Source: a virus
Strand: one strand, 5' to 3'
Length of the DNA stretch: 64,000 nucleotides
IMG/VR virus record: IMGVR_UViG_3300021171_000005
Location: 1-64,000 of that record
The translations under genes and the position numbers were made by a program. Every line of letters starts with the position of its first letter. The stretch's first letter is position 1. The notes under the pieces were generated by a model. The model did no database searches. It saw only the letters and a list, made by a program, of their open reading frames with translations, and was not told the origin of the DNA. Positions 17,569 through 27,062 of the stretch are shown in pieces.

Positions 17569-19350
17569 ATGGGATACGAGCGGTTAACAAAAGACTTTAA
17601 AGAAAAGTTATTGGCTCCGTGGTGGGGCCGATGCGCCGCTCAAATAAAAGAGCAGTATGGATACGATCTGTCCAAGGAAGGTCTTGAACTTCGTCACCGC
17701 GCCCAGACTGACGGGTTTTGGCTTGCTAAAGAAGTTCTAGGCTACCAATATTTCTCGGATTGTCATAAGGAAATCTTCACGGATTTCTTTGTTAAGAAAG
17801 ACCCCGCCGCTATAGATTTCAAAGCATTCGCGGAAGCAGACGAGGGTCTTCATGATCGTCTGTTGATGCTTTGTCGAGGCGGATTTAAGTCAACCGCCGA
17901 CATCGTGGACTGTATCCAGTGGTTCTCGTGTTTCCCCGATATCCGAATCAACATCATGACCGGAACTTCGCCATTGGCAGAAGAATTTACCGGCCTGATA
18001 AAAGGGCATATTGCTCTTAATTCGGACGGTTCGATTAAAACAAGGGATGACGGAAAACTTAAACTATATCAAGTTTTGTTCCCGGAGCACTGCGAAATCG
18101 ATCCCGGATTGAAACCTGAATGGGTAACTCCAGCTCGTCGTAGAGAAGTTGCGGGGCCTACGATCCGCGCCACGTCTCTGGATAAAAACACAACTGGTAC
18201 GCACTGCGATATTCTGAAAATCGACGACGGTACAAACGCTGAAAATACTCGTACTACCGAGCGTATTAAGAGCGTCAATACCCAGATCAGCATGGCCCGG
18301 CGATTGTGCGAACCATACGGGTATAAGGATCGTATCGGTACTCCGTACCATGTAAATGATAATTTGATGTCCACGATTAAGGACGAAGAAGAAAGAGATA
18401 AAAAAGGACTTCCGCCACAAGTAAAGATTCTTCTACATCCAGCATACACGGCCAAACCGGGCTTCGAGAATCACATGCCCGATCAGCTAACAGAAGATAA
18501 TATAGTACTCTGGTTTCCGGAAAGAATAACGCTCAAGTATCTGCAAAATGAGTATGCGGACGCGCTGAAGACTGATCCGGCCAGCTTCTTCTCTCAATTC
18601 CTTCTTGATTTAAATAAAGCTTATTCGACTAAGTTTCGCCGCGACGTTATGATTGCGGCCACAGTTGATACTTTGCCTACAACCGGAATTGTCTTTCAGG
18701 CATGGGATTTGGCTTATTCGGAAAAACAGACCGCCAAATATACTGTAGGCATGTGCGGGCTGTTCACGACGCAGGGTGTTTACATTGTTGACATGGTGCG
18801 CGGTCGGTTCGGGGAGCACGAGCTTCCTGAAATAATGGCCAATTTCGCCCACAAATGGAAGCCCCGCCGGGTCGCCGTTGAAGATTCAATGGGCGCTCGC
18901 TGGCTCAAACGAGGAATTGACGATACTCTCGCCAAACTCCGAACAAACGTTTCCTTCGAGTTCATATCGCTCGGTAAGGGAACCAAAGCTAATAGCAAAG
19001 AAATCAAGGCGATGGGTCCGGCAAATCTTTTGGGTTCTCGCCAACTATTCTTCTGGAAAGCAATCGATACGCTTCAAGATATCTACAACGAATTGGAAGC
19101 ATTTCCTAAGGGTCAGTTTAAAGATATTGTGTGTTCTTTGTCTCTGCTAGTTAATCATTTCTCGAATTTTGCTTACGTCGCCCCGCAAGAACCCATTTAT
19201 ATAAACGAGCGGATGGAACGAATCCAACGAGATATGGTATACGGACTCGGGGCATTCGCTCCTAAGGTCCAAGATCAGACGATGATCTCAGCACAGGGCG
19301 GCGAACAAGATTTGGATTACGACCCTCTTGCCCAATCAGGGCTTTTTTGA
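17569..19350 (+). CDS. terL: terminase large subunit
   Basis: Walker A-like RGGFKST, Walker B ILKIDD, GTPY, nuclease WDLA...VAVED...FP.G..D. Confidence 0.9.
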   Translation: MGYERLTKDFKEKLLAPWWGRCAAQIKEQYGYDLSKEGLELRHRAQTDGFWLAKEVLGYQYFSDCHKEIFTDFFVKKDPAAIDFKAFAEADEGLHDRLLMLCRGGFKSTADIVDCIQWFSCFPDIRINIMTGTSPLAEEFTGLIKGHIALNSDGSIKTRDDGKLKLYQVLFPEHCEIDPGLKPEWVTPARRREVAGPTIRATSLDKNTTGTHCDILKIDDGTNAENTRTTERIKSVNTQISMARRLCEPYGYKDRIGTPYHVNDNLMSTIKDEEERDKKGLPPQVKILLHPAYTAKPGFENHMPDQLTEDNIVLWFPERITLKYLQNEYADALKTDPASFFSQFLLDLNKAYSTKFRRDVMIAATVDTLPTTGIVFQAWDLAYSEKQTAKYTVGMCGLFTTQGVYIVDMVRGRFGEHELPEIMANFAHKWKPRRVAVEDSMGARWLKRGIDDTLAKLRTNVSFEFISLGKGTKANSKEIKAMGPANLLGSRQLFFWKAIDTLQDIYNELEAFPKGQFKDIVCSLSLLVNHFSNFAYVAPQEPIYINERMERIQRDMVYGLGAFAPKVQDQTMISAQGGEQDLDYDPLAQSGLF

Positions 19351-19355
19351 GGAAC

Positions 19356-19655
19356 ATGGATTATATTGATTATTCCGAAAAGACTAGTGGTCCCCCGCAA
19401 TTTTCGGTAACGGCTAGTCCAGCAAGCCCCAAGACTTTGTATCACGTCCATACCGATCTTATTTATATCAATGTTGGCAGTGGTTGGGTGCCGATGGCGC
19501 AGTATTCTTCTAATTCAGTATATTCTGGCTTTACGGCTCTACCTGCCAGCACACAAACCAGCGTTCTAAACAATTTATCTACAACTTCTGCAACTCCCGC
19601 GAGCGTGGCGAATACCAGCAAGCACATTGTCGATGTTGTAATTCGCGGTCATTAA
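19356..19655 (+). CDS. Ser/Thr-rich hypothetical virion protein
   Basis: SD GAGG; LY...LYIN..SGW. Confidence 0.6.
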   Translation: MDYIDYSEKTSGPPQFSVTASPASPKTLYHVHTDLIYINVGSGWVPMAQYSSNSVYSGFTALPASTQTSVLNNLSTTSATPASVANTSKHIVDVVIRGH

Positions 19656-19681
19656 TTGTCCACATCTGGACAGGAGATTTT

Positions 19682-19975
19682 ATGGCTAATGTTTCAACTG
19701 TTACTCCCGCTAATCTAATTCCCACGGCTCGGACTGCGGCGGGTCCTGCGGCTTCTTCGACCGCGAATCCTTACGATAGCGGCAACATCACCACTTGGAC
19801 GCTGCCGGGTTTCCCGACCCAGAAGTTGGTTAACGGAACTCAAAGTTTCTCGACTCAGCAAGGTCAAGTGTTCACGGATTTTGCATCTGGACAGATCGTC
19901 GCAGCTCCCGGAACTATTTCCGGAGCCCCGCAAAGCTACAGCCTTCAGGCGGGCAATCCTCCGCAGAACGACTAA
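19682..19975 (+). CDS. Pro/Thr-rich hypothetical virion protein
   Basis: SD AGGAG overlapping the palindrome at 19657. Confidence 0.65.
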   Translation: MANVSTVTPANLIPTARTAAGPAASSTANPYDSGNITTWTLPGFPTQKLVNGTQSFSTQQGQVFTDFASGQIVAAPGTISGAPQSYSLQAGNPPQND

Positions 19976-20166
19976 TGAAACAATCCGCCGCATACACAAT
20001 CACTGAGAATGGCGAGGAGCAATTCTACACCATTCTCGATTGTGGATGCGAACTTCACGTCACGGTAAATCAACTATTTGAAGATGATTTGCCGTGCCCT
20101 CTTCACGAGGAATCTAGATATTTCTACGATTTTAATGACGGCAGATCGCCGCGCAAAGAGAAATAA
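19975..20166 (+). CDS. hypothetical protein
   Basis: Coupled between neighbours; CGC...CPLH. Confidence 0.5.
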   Translation: MKQSAAYTITENGEEQFYTILDCGCELHVTVNQLFEDDLPCPLHEESRYFYDFNDGRSPRKEK

Positions 20167-22260
20167 ATGGCTCTTTTAGAAAAAGACGGCAATCCACAAG
20201 CGGTATTGTACGCCGATAATTTCACCCCGCAAGGTGAAACTAAGACTATTGCCGACGATTTGGCCCTAGTTGTCGGCTGTGCAGAAAAATCAGAATCGTG
20301 GATTGCTAATAAACAATGGAATTTGCTTTGGAGAGACGCGGACCTTTTATTTCAGGCCCCGCGCCCGATGTCCGTTTACGAAAACACATACGTACTCGAA
20401 CCAAATGTCCAGCGTTTTACCGTCGCAAAAGTCGTTAATTCGGTTGTTCCGCAATTGTATAAAGGACTATTTTTTGAAGACCCGCCGATGGTTCTTCGCC
20501 CTCGACCGGGAACTTCGCAAACAGTTGTAGATGAAAAAACAGTCATTATGTCCTATCTCTTGGACGCCTGCCAGTTCAAGAGGGAAGTGAAGTGGGGGCT
20601 GGAATCTCTTGCCCACCTTGGAACTGGTATCTGGAAGTGGGGAATTGAAAGAGTCTCGAAAGATGTTCCTCGTAGAATTAGTACCCAAGTCAGCATTGAT
20701 ACTGGAACCGGCGAAACCGAGAAGATTAGTACCGACGAAGCTCCGAAGATTGAGATTACTAAAAAGTATGAGAACAGACCATTCTTCGAGTTCCGGAGGC
20801 TCGGAAGTGTTCTTGTCGATTCAAGTCTTAAAGTAGCGGATATTCGTGAAGCCGGAAATGTAATTGATGTTCGATTCATGGATTTCTATGCACTGAAAGA
20901 CTTAAAGGATTCTAGCCTTGACGAAAATGGCAAACAAATGCCGGGCTGGACGTGGGGTGAGTATACTAGTGACGAGAAATTAAAGGAACTTTGGAACCCG
21001 CCGGTTGAAGGATTTGAAACACCGGGTCCTCTCCGAAGTGAAGTTCAATCACAAGTCGTAGGTATTGTCCACCACGCGGAAGAAGAGACTGCTGTAGTTA
21101 GCGCCGACCCTCTGGCTAAGAAATTAGAAGTACTTGAATATTGGGATAAGAAACGAAAAATACTCGTTCTAAATCGCAAGAAAACCATCTATAGCGATAA
21201 AAATCAGTTCGGGAAAATCCCCTTCTTGTCCGCCAATTGGTGGAATCGTCCCAAGGCTTTTTATGGGATGGGAATTGGTCTGACTGTAGGTCAGAACCAG
21301 CGCGTGGATCAGGGAACAATCAATGCCATTCTCAAGATGTTGAGCTTCGGCGTTAATCCTATCTACACACGTACTCGCGATTCCAACGCCCCGACACAGA
21401 TGATCCGAACGGGAATCGGCAAGATTCTCACCGTTGACGGCCCCGCTAGCGAAGCATTTCACCTTCTGGAAACCCCCAAGGTACCGGCGGAAACTTGGGC
21501 TGCGCTTCAGAATTCTGAATCGGCCACGGAATCTACTACGGGCGCGGATCAGGCGCTTGTTCAAGGCTCGACCGCAGGTCCCCGCGCAGGTATAGGTCGT
21601 TCCGGAACCGGTGCGAATCTTCTAGGACAGGCTTCTGCCACGCGATTGGACGGTCCTCTCGATAATTTCATTGATCAAGTCTTTACGCCGTTCTTGTATA
21701 TCCTTGACGAACTAATATTTTATTACATGTCCGATCAGGAAATTCAGGACATTTTGGGCGAAGAAAAAGGCAAAGATTATAAAGTCGATCTTCAGAAGTA
21801 TCACGACGGAAAAATAGAATTCGAAGTATTAGCCAGTTCCAGCCTCGCCGCCAAGCGGACAATGGCGCAGAGTCTTACCTTGATCACGCAGTTTATGCAG
21901 AATCCGGGGTTCAACGAATATTTGGCCGATATGGGCATGTATATCGATTGGAAGACTGTATTCGATATGTGGCTCATGGCCAGCGAGTGGAAAGACAGCC
22001 AAGACATTATCAAGCCGCTTACACCCGAAATGGAACAGCGTCGTCAGGCCAAGATTCAGCAGCAACAACAAGGTCCGATGCAGACTCAGATGACGCTCAA
22101 CAATCAAAAAGCCCAGCAGAAAATGGACCTCGAAAATCAGCGGTCGGATAATCGCGTCAAAAATGACCTTATCCGATACGCAACCGAAAAGTCTGCTGAA
22201 TCTGAGGTTGCTGAGGGTATACCGGGCGGTACGGGTTTCGGCGATATTGAAGGAATGTAA
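20167..22260 (+). CDS. portal protein
   Basis: 697 aa after the terminase; GTGIWKWG, FYGMGIG, Q-rich C-terminal coil. Confidence 0.85.
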   Translation: MALLEKDGNPQAVLYADNFTPQGETKTIADDLALVVGCAEKSESWIANKQWNLLWRDADLLFQAPRPMSVYENTYVLEPNVQRFTVAKVVNSVVPQLYKGLFFEDPPMVLRPRPGTSQTVVDEKTVIMSYLLDACQFKREVKWGLESLAHLGTGIWKWGIERVSKDVPRRISTQVSIDTGTGETEKISTDEAPKIEITKKYENRPFFEFRRLGSVLVDSSLKVADIREAGNVIDVRFMDFYALKDLKDSSLDENGKQMPGWTWGEYTSDEKLKELWNPPVEGFETPGPLRSEVQSQVVGIVHHAEEETAVVSADPLAKKLEVLEYWDKKRKILVLNRKKTIYSDKNQFGKIPFLSANWWNRPKAFYGMGIGLTVGQNQRVDQGTINAILKMLSFGVNPIYTRTRDSNAPTQMIRTGIGKILTVDGPASEAFHLLETPKVPAETWAALQNSESATESTTGADQALVQGSTAGPRAGIGRSGTGANLLGQASATRLDGPLDNFIDQVFTPFLYILDELIFYYMSDQEIQDILGEEKGKDYKVDLQKYHDGKIEFEVLASSSLAAKRTMAQSLTLITQFMQNPGFNEYLADMGMYIDWKTVFDMWLMASEWKDSQDIIKPLTPEMEQRRQAKIQQQQQGPMQTQMTLNNQKAQQKMDLENQRSDNRVKNDLIRYATEKSAESEVAEGIPGGTGFGDIEGM

Positions 22261-23126
22261 TGGAAGACATTTCACACTATAGCGAAACCGGTACGCCGAT
22301 CTCTGGCTATTCAGAAGATGGTCCTTTTCACTGCGAGGACTGTATTCATCGTCTTGATCCTAAATCCAGTCTTTGCATTCATCCTGTAGTTGTTGCGGAC
22401 CCGGCACTTAAAAGCAAACTCGTTCAAATATCTGATGGTGAGACGTTTAAACTGACCATTCAGATCAATCTGGAAAAAGGATGTTGCCGATATGTCAATC
22501 AAGAAAAAGAACCTATCGTTTTGGTATTACGGCACGGTCAGACACTTTTAAATAAGGATAAAAAATTCAGATCATGGCGAAATGTACCGCTCGATGAAGT
22601 CGGTATTCAGCAAGCCCAAGACGCCTCCGAATTTCTTGAGAAATATCCTATCAAAAAGATTTTTACCTCGCCGCTGGATCGGGCGGTTCACACGGCGATG
22701 CTCACTCAAGAAGTAAAAGACTGCCCGATTATAAAAGACGAGAGTCTTCTCCCGTGGAACCTCGGAGAGTTGACCGGCAAATCCCGTGAAGAATACGCCG
22801 ATGTCTTGAATCATTATGTCGATAATCCCAAAGAGACAATTCCGGGCGGAGAATCGCTTGAAGAATTTCGAGACCGGATGTTCGCGGTTTTCGATAAAAT
22901 CGTTGACGAGGCTTCGGGAGATAATCTTGTTCTTATCGTAGCGCATACCTCTACGATAACAACTCTAAATCAATGGGTCGATGAAAACTATACGGGGCGT
23001 CCGGAATCGGACGATGAGAGTGTTCAACCGGGTGGTGTTTGCGCTCTTTATTCGGACGAAGACAAAGATAATTTTAAGCTAGAACCAATCTGGGGAATAG
23101 AAAAGAAATCAGATTACGGGAGCTAA
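22260..23126 (+). CDS. histidine phosphatase (PGM family) with an N-terminal Cys-cluster domain
   Basis: LRHGQT, SPLDRA, GGES, VAH; N-terminal CEDC...C...GCC. Confidence 0.85.
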   Translation: MEDISHYSETGTPISGYSEDGPFHCEDCIHRLDPKSSLCIHPVVVADPALKSKLVQISDGETFKLTIQINLEKGCCRYVNQEKEPIVLVLRHGQTLLNKDKKFRSWRNVPLDEVGIQQAQDASEFLEKYPIKKIFTSPLDRAVHTAMLTQEVKDCPIIKDESLLPWNLGELTGKSREEYADVLNHYVDNPKETIPGGESLEEFRDRMFAVFDKIVDEASGDNLVLIVAHTSTITTLNQWVDENYTGRPESDDESVQPGGVCALYSDEDKDNFKLEPIWGIEKKSDYGS

Positions 23127-23133
23127 CGAATCT

Positions 23134-23439
23134 ATGGTAGGACCGGAATATAAATTAAGCAACGTTGAACGAGGACATTTGATCGCCCTCGGACAAATGC
23201 CCGGATTCCAAGTAATGGTCAACATCTTTGAATCTGAAGTTGAGCAGTTCAAGGTCGATATGTTGAATGCCAATCCTAAAGATATCGAGGATATCCGCGC
23301 AAAGCACAATTTGGCTCTGGCAGCAGCAATATTTTGGAAACGGGTGGCGAACAGGATTAATAAAGAACAAGAAATATTTAGTGCTCAAGGTCCCGTACCT
23401 GTCCAGCCCGATCTAACCGAAGCTCTTTTGCAAGATTAA
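23134..23439 (+). CDS. small head-assembly-region protein
   Basis: Helical ~100 aa between portal and scaffold. Confidence 0.6.
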   Translation: MVGPEYKLSNVERGHLIALGQMPGFQVMVNIFESEVEQFKVDMLNANPKDIEDIRAKHNLALAAAIFWKRVANRINKEQEIFSAQGPVPVQPDLTEALLQD

Positions 23440-23468
23440 GACCCTAACAAAACCTTATAAGGATAATT

Positions 23469-24371
23469 ATGTCTGATGAGAATATTGTTACACCGGAACC
23501 CGCAGCAGAAGTCGTGCCGGTTCCCGAAGCGCCCAAGGAATTCAGATTCACGTACCAGCCGAAAGATGAGAACGGAAACAACCTCGGAGGGCAGCAAGTT
23601 ATCGTAGCCGCCAATCCAGAGGAAGCGCTTGAGAAGATGGCCGCGCAGAATTCCGAACTGGTGCGTCTGAACCGCAAGCTCAATAAAGATATCCGTCTCG
23701 GATCGATTGTTCAAGATCAGATTCCAGACGACGCGCCCCGCGTTAGGGAGGGTCAATACGAGGTTGTTCCTCGACCCTTAACGGCGGAAGAACGATTGCA
23801 ACTTCCACAGGATTTGAATGATCCTGAGAAGTGTGACGCGGCTTACGACCGGTTGCTCGAAGCTCGCATCGGCAGTCCAGAGGCAATCCGCCAAGCTCTG
23901 ACAGTTACGAAACAGCGTATCGCGCAGATGGACGCGCAGGCTCAGGCCGAGGCTTTTGTCCGCAGCACCCCAGATTATTTCGTTTGCCCGGAAAATTTCG
24001 AAACAATGGCAAACTGGATGATCAAGAACGATCTCGAACCGGTCAAAGCTAATTTCAAGCTAGCGTATAAGACTTTGGGTCCTGATGGCGCGAATCTACT
24101 TCGCGAGAAGCCGGTTGTCGAAGCTCCGAAGGTCGAAGCTAAGTCCGAGCCAGTTGTGGAACCAGCGCCCAAGCCGACCCCCCGCCCTGTCGCTTCTGGA
24201 TTGACCCGTAACAATTCTTCCGAAGGTGGGACGCCTCGCAGTACTTCTGCTTACACAATCGCGGACATTGAGAAACTGTCCAGCGAAGAATACAAGAAGA
24301 AATTGCGCACAGAAAAAGGCTTCAAAGAAGCAGTAGATAAGCTCTATTCTCCTAAACCAGCAGTGCAGTGA
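23469..24371 (+). CDS. capsid scaffolding protein
   Basis: Acidic/Pro-rich ends, coiled coil, C-terminal LSSEEYKKK helix; upstream of the capsid gene. Confidence 0.75.
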   Translation: MSDENIVTPEPAAEVVPVPEAPKEFRFTYQPKDENGNNLGGQQVIVAANPEEALEKMAAQNSELVRLNRKLNKDIRLGSIVQDQIPDDAPRVREGQYEVVPRPLTAEERLQLPQDLNDPEKCDAAYDRLLEARIGSPEAIRQALTVTKQRIAQMDAQAQAEAFVRSTPDYFVCPENFETMANWMIKNDLEPVKANFKLAYKTLGPDGANLLREKPVVEAPKVEAKSEPVVEPAPKPTPRPVASGLTRNNSSEGGTPRSTSAYTIADIEKLSSEEYKKKLRTEKGFKEAVDKLYSPKPAVQ

Positions 24372-24778
24372 TCATCCGACGCTACCAAGACACAGATTTT
24401 GAAGACGCAGATTATCTTCAAAAGGATTTCTATCTTGTCCCCGCATCTCAAGAAGAATTGCGCGACAAGTTAAACAGTCCTTCTTGGGTTGCGGAAGAAG
24501 ACGGTGTTCTGGGCTGCATCATTACTTGTCCAGATGCGGACAAAACATTGATTTGGAGCGTAATCGTCGCTCCCAGCTATCGTGGTATGGGTGTCGGAAC
24601 CCTGCTGATGGGTGCGGCAGAATCGTTCTATCGCGGCAATAAATTGACATTGCACGTCGAACCCGCGAACCCCGCAAGACGATTGTATTTCCGAAGAGGA
24701 TACCGCGCCTCGCGATATATAAAAGACTTCTTCGGACAAGGTTACGACGCAATAGAGATGTACAAATATTGCGATTGA
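24368..24778 (+). CDS. GNAT (RimI-like) acetyltransferase
   Basis: VAPSYRGMGVGTLL, LHV...NPARRLY...G, DAIEM. Confidence 0.85.
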   Translation: MIIRRYQDTDFEDADYLQKDFYLVPASQEELRDKLNSPSWVAEEDGVLGCIITCPDADKTLIWSVIVAPSYRGMGVGTLLMGAAESFYRGNKLTLHVEPANPARRLYFRRGYRASRYIKDFFGQGYDAIEMYKYCD

Positions 24779-24779
24779 G

Positions 24780-24871
24780 TTGCGCGGCAGGTTTCACCCG
24801 TTTCTGGAGAATAAAAGGGAACTAACCAGAGACACCTTGCCGCCTATAAGAGCGTGGAATAAGCCGCGCAA
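24780..24871 (+). ncRNA. unrecognised structured RNA, copy A
   Basis: TTGCGCGGC/GCCGCGCAA outer stem, GUUUCAC/GUGGAAU stem, core CCGCCU..AAGAGCGUGGAAUA shared with 26862-26970. Confidence 0.6.
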
Positions 24872-24885
24872 AGTTTGCAGAAAGT

Positions 24886-25140
24886 TTGTGGGGGTGGATG
24901 TCAATCCGGACCGTTCAGGGCATGGGTCTGAACTATACCTCAGCTTGATAACGCCTCCACGCGGCGAAGTAGCTGATCCGGCATCCGCCCCGCAATTCAT
25001 AAAGTTTGCCTAGTCTGTCGGATTACAGACAAAGCCCCAACGCCCGCGTGAGGGATTCACCTTGGTCAACTCTTGACTGAGGACGGAACACTGGATCGGA
25101 TTATCCAGCATAGGCCGCCGCGCATAAGAGTAATCCAATT
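24886..25140 (+). ncRNA. structured 5' leader of the major capsid gene
   Basis: ~16-bp closing stem 24886-24995 with internal hairpins; CGGATT-loop hairpins at 25013-25030 and 25091-25108; TAATCC at 25131. Confidence 0.55.
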
Positions 25141-25151
25141 ACAGGTGAAAT

Positions 25152-26198
25152 ATGGCATTTTCTCCGGCTGGCAATAACCAGTCAAATCTTCCGCAAAGTA
25201 CTGTGCGGTATTACGACAAAAAGTTCCGCGAGAACTTGAAAGCACAGACACCCTTCGTCGCTTGCTCGGAACGTCTCGACCTCCCGATGAAGAGTGGTAA
25301 TCAGTACAACATGTATATGTACGTTCCGCTGGCTGCGAATACCGCGCAGACCACGGAAGGTACGGTTGGCAGCTCCATCAGCGTCTCGGTTCTGAACACT
25401 TCCGCGACGATTGGTGAGTACGCGGATTACGCAAACTTCTCCAGCCTGAGCCTCGCAACCGCTATCGACAACACTGTCGAGAACGTTGCCCGCGAAATGG
25501 CGTATCGGCTGGGTGAATCGCTTTCCGCTCTCGTCCGCGCAACTGCGGATGGCGCGAACAGCGTTGATTCGTCCGTTCTGACGAAGCTCTCGGCGACCTC
25601 GACCACGAGCTTTACCACTCTGTCCCTGACCTATATCCGTAACGCCGTCCAGTCCTTGGCCGGTCGTTCGGTGCGGCCTTTCGACGAAGCGAGCAAGAAC
25701 TTCGCAGGTGTCATCCATCCCTTCGCTCTTGGCGACGTGCTGGCGGACAACTCGAACGACTCGCCAATCGATATCTTGAAGCGCACCCCGCAGGGTTATT
25801 CACGGTTGGATGAGATTATCTCGACCGATCTGACGGAAGTCATTGAGATTCCGACCTCCGGCGTGAGCTTCTTCCAGTCGAACCTCGTCACTACGACCTC
25901 GAACTATAACGACGGAACGCACGGCGCAGTTACCGGCCTGACCGCTCTCCGCACGTATATTTTTGGTCGGGATGGCATTTTTTCGATCAATTTGGGCGCG
26001 ATGGGCGACACCGGTTACGGCGATGGCGAATGGCGCAATATTAAATGCAACATTGTGCAAAATGCCGAGCCGTCAGTGGCGGATCCCTCGGGGTTAATTC
26101 CGGGGTGGACGAGCTACAGAGTTCACTTCACAACCAGCCTTGGGCCAGACACCACAATTAGGATACGCGAGATTGACGCAGCCAGCGCGATCTCCTAG
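25152..26198 (+). CDS. major capsid protein (N4-gp56-like family)
   Basis: 348 aa; LP..SG..., EG..., EYADY, IHP; strongly C/G-ending codons; follows the scaffold. Confidence 0.88.
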   Translation: MAFSPAGNNQSNLPQSTVRYYDKKFRENLKAQTPFVACSERLDLPMKSGNQYNMYMYVPLAANTAQTTEGTVGSSISVSVLNTSATIGEYADYANFSSLSLATAIDNTVENVAREMAYRLGESLSALVRATADGANSVDSSVLTKLSATSTTSFTTLSLTYIRNAVQSLAGRSVRPFDEASKNFAGVIHPFALGDVLADNSNDSPIDILKRTPQGYSRLDEIISTDLTEVIEIPTSGVSFFQSNLVTTTSNYNDGTHGAVTGLTALRTYIFGRDGIFSINLGAMGDTGYGDGEWRNIKCNIVQNAEPSVADPSGLIPGWTSYRVHFTTSLGPDTTIRIREIDAASAIS

Positions 26199-26295
26199 TA
26201 AATAAAGGATTTATAAATCCTGTATTTTACTATTACTAATTGAAACCTTTTCGTGTATAGTGGCATCCAATCGTAATGAAAGGATGCTACTATAC

Positions 26296-26826
26296 ATGAA
26301 ATTTCAAGATTTAACCGGCCAACGATTTAACATGCTGACGATTGAGAAATACGTTGGCAAAAACAAAACGGGACAATCTCTTTGGCAGTGTAAATGTGAT
26401 TGCGGGCAAGAGAAAATCGTAGCCGCTCATCACATGAAATCTAATAATGTTACAAGTTGCGGAAAGTGCGCTCGCGTCAAAAGCCACACCCGCCACGGAA
26501 TGTCCTATACAGTCGAATGGAATTCATTTCACGCAGCGAAGAAGCGCTGTAAGCCGGAACAAGCGGATCGATACCCAGATCATGCAGGTAAAGGCATAGA
26601 GTTTAGATTCAACAGTTTTGAGGAGTTTTACGAGGAAGTCGGGCCGCGCCCCGAGCCTAAATTTGCGTACTCTCTGGATCGCTGGCCGAATCCATACGGT
26701 CACTACGAAAAGGGCAATATTCGCTGGGCTACGAAAGAGCAACAAGCGTTAAATCGTGCTTGCGAATGGTGTTTGGCTCGTAATAATGTGCTAGAATTGT
26801 CAAAGGGATTAGCAAATATATCTTGA
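26296..26826 (+). CDS. free-standing HNH-type homing endonuclease
   Basis: DLTGQRF.L...WQCKCDCG...SCG, HG, RC, YSLDR...GHYEKGNIRWAT..QQ..N. Confidence 0.85.
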   Translation: MKFQDLTGQRFNMLTIEKYVGKNKTGQSLWQCKCDCGQEKIVAAHHMKSNNVTSCGKCARVKSHTRHGMSYTVEWNSFHAAKKRCKPEQADRYPDHAGKGIEFRFNSFEEFYEEVGPRPEPKFAYSLDRWPNPYGHYEKGNIRWATKEQQALNRACEWCLARNNVLELSKGLANIS

Positions 26827-26851
26827 CAAATGCTGTACGATAGCGTATAAT
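26823..26851 (+). promoter_or_regulatory. perfect sigma70 consensus promoter TTGACA-17-TATAAT
   Basis: TTGACA aatgctgtacgatagcg TATAAT. Confidence 0.9.
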
Positions 26852-26861
26852 GTTTATATAA

Positions 26862-26970
26862 ATGCGGGGCGGGTTTCACCGGACCACCCGAGTAATTAGC
26901 GAACATGGGATGGGCGGCGACCGCCCGAGGTTCGTAGTACCGCCTGAAGAGCGTGGAATAGGCCCCGTAT
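26862..26970 (+). ncRNA. unrecognised structured RNA, copy B
   Basis: ATGCGGGGC/GCCCCGTAT outer stem with compensatory changes relative to copy A; same core; begins ~10 nt after the -10. Confidence 0.65.
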
Positions 26971-27062
26971 AAGCTCTCCCCTAGGGAGGTTGCGCGTCAC
27001 TCGTCTCTAAATTGCGGGGCGTCCGGAAACGGACAAATGAATCTGGCCAGAAAATGAGGAAT

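Noticed and set aside
19090-19150. Inactive terminase nuclease (FKDIVCS instead of HDDxxD)
   Set aside because: It parallels T4-type HDDLVMS with the second Asp kept; this motif is naturally variable
24886-24995. tRNA (multi-branched fold)
   Set aside because: No T-loop GTTCRA, D-loop or CCA geometry; closing stem too long
26940-26960. Hammerhead ribozyme (CUGAAGA) in RNA copy B
   Set aside because: No stem II plus GAAA follows, and copy A lacks CUGA
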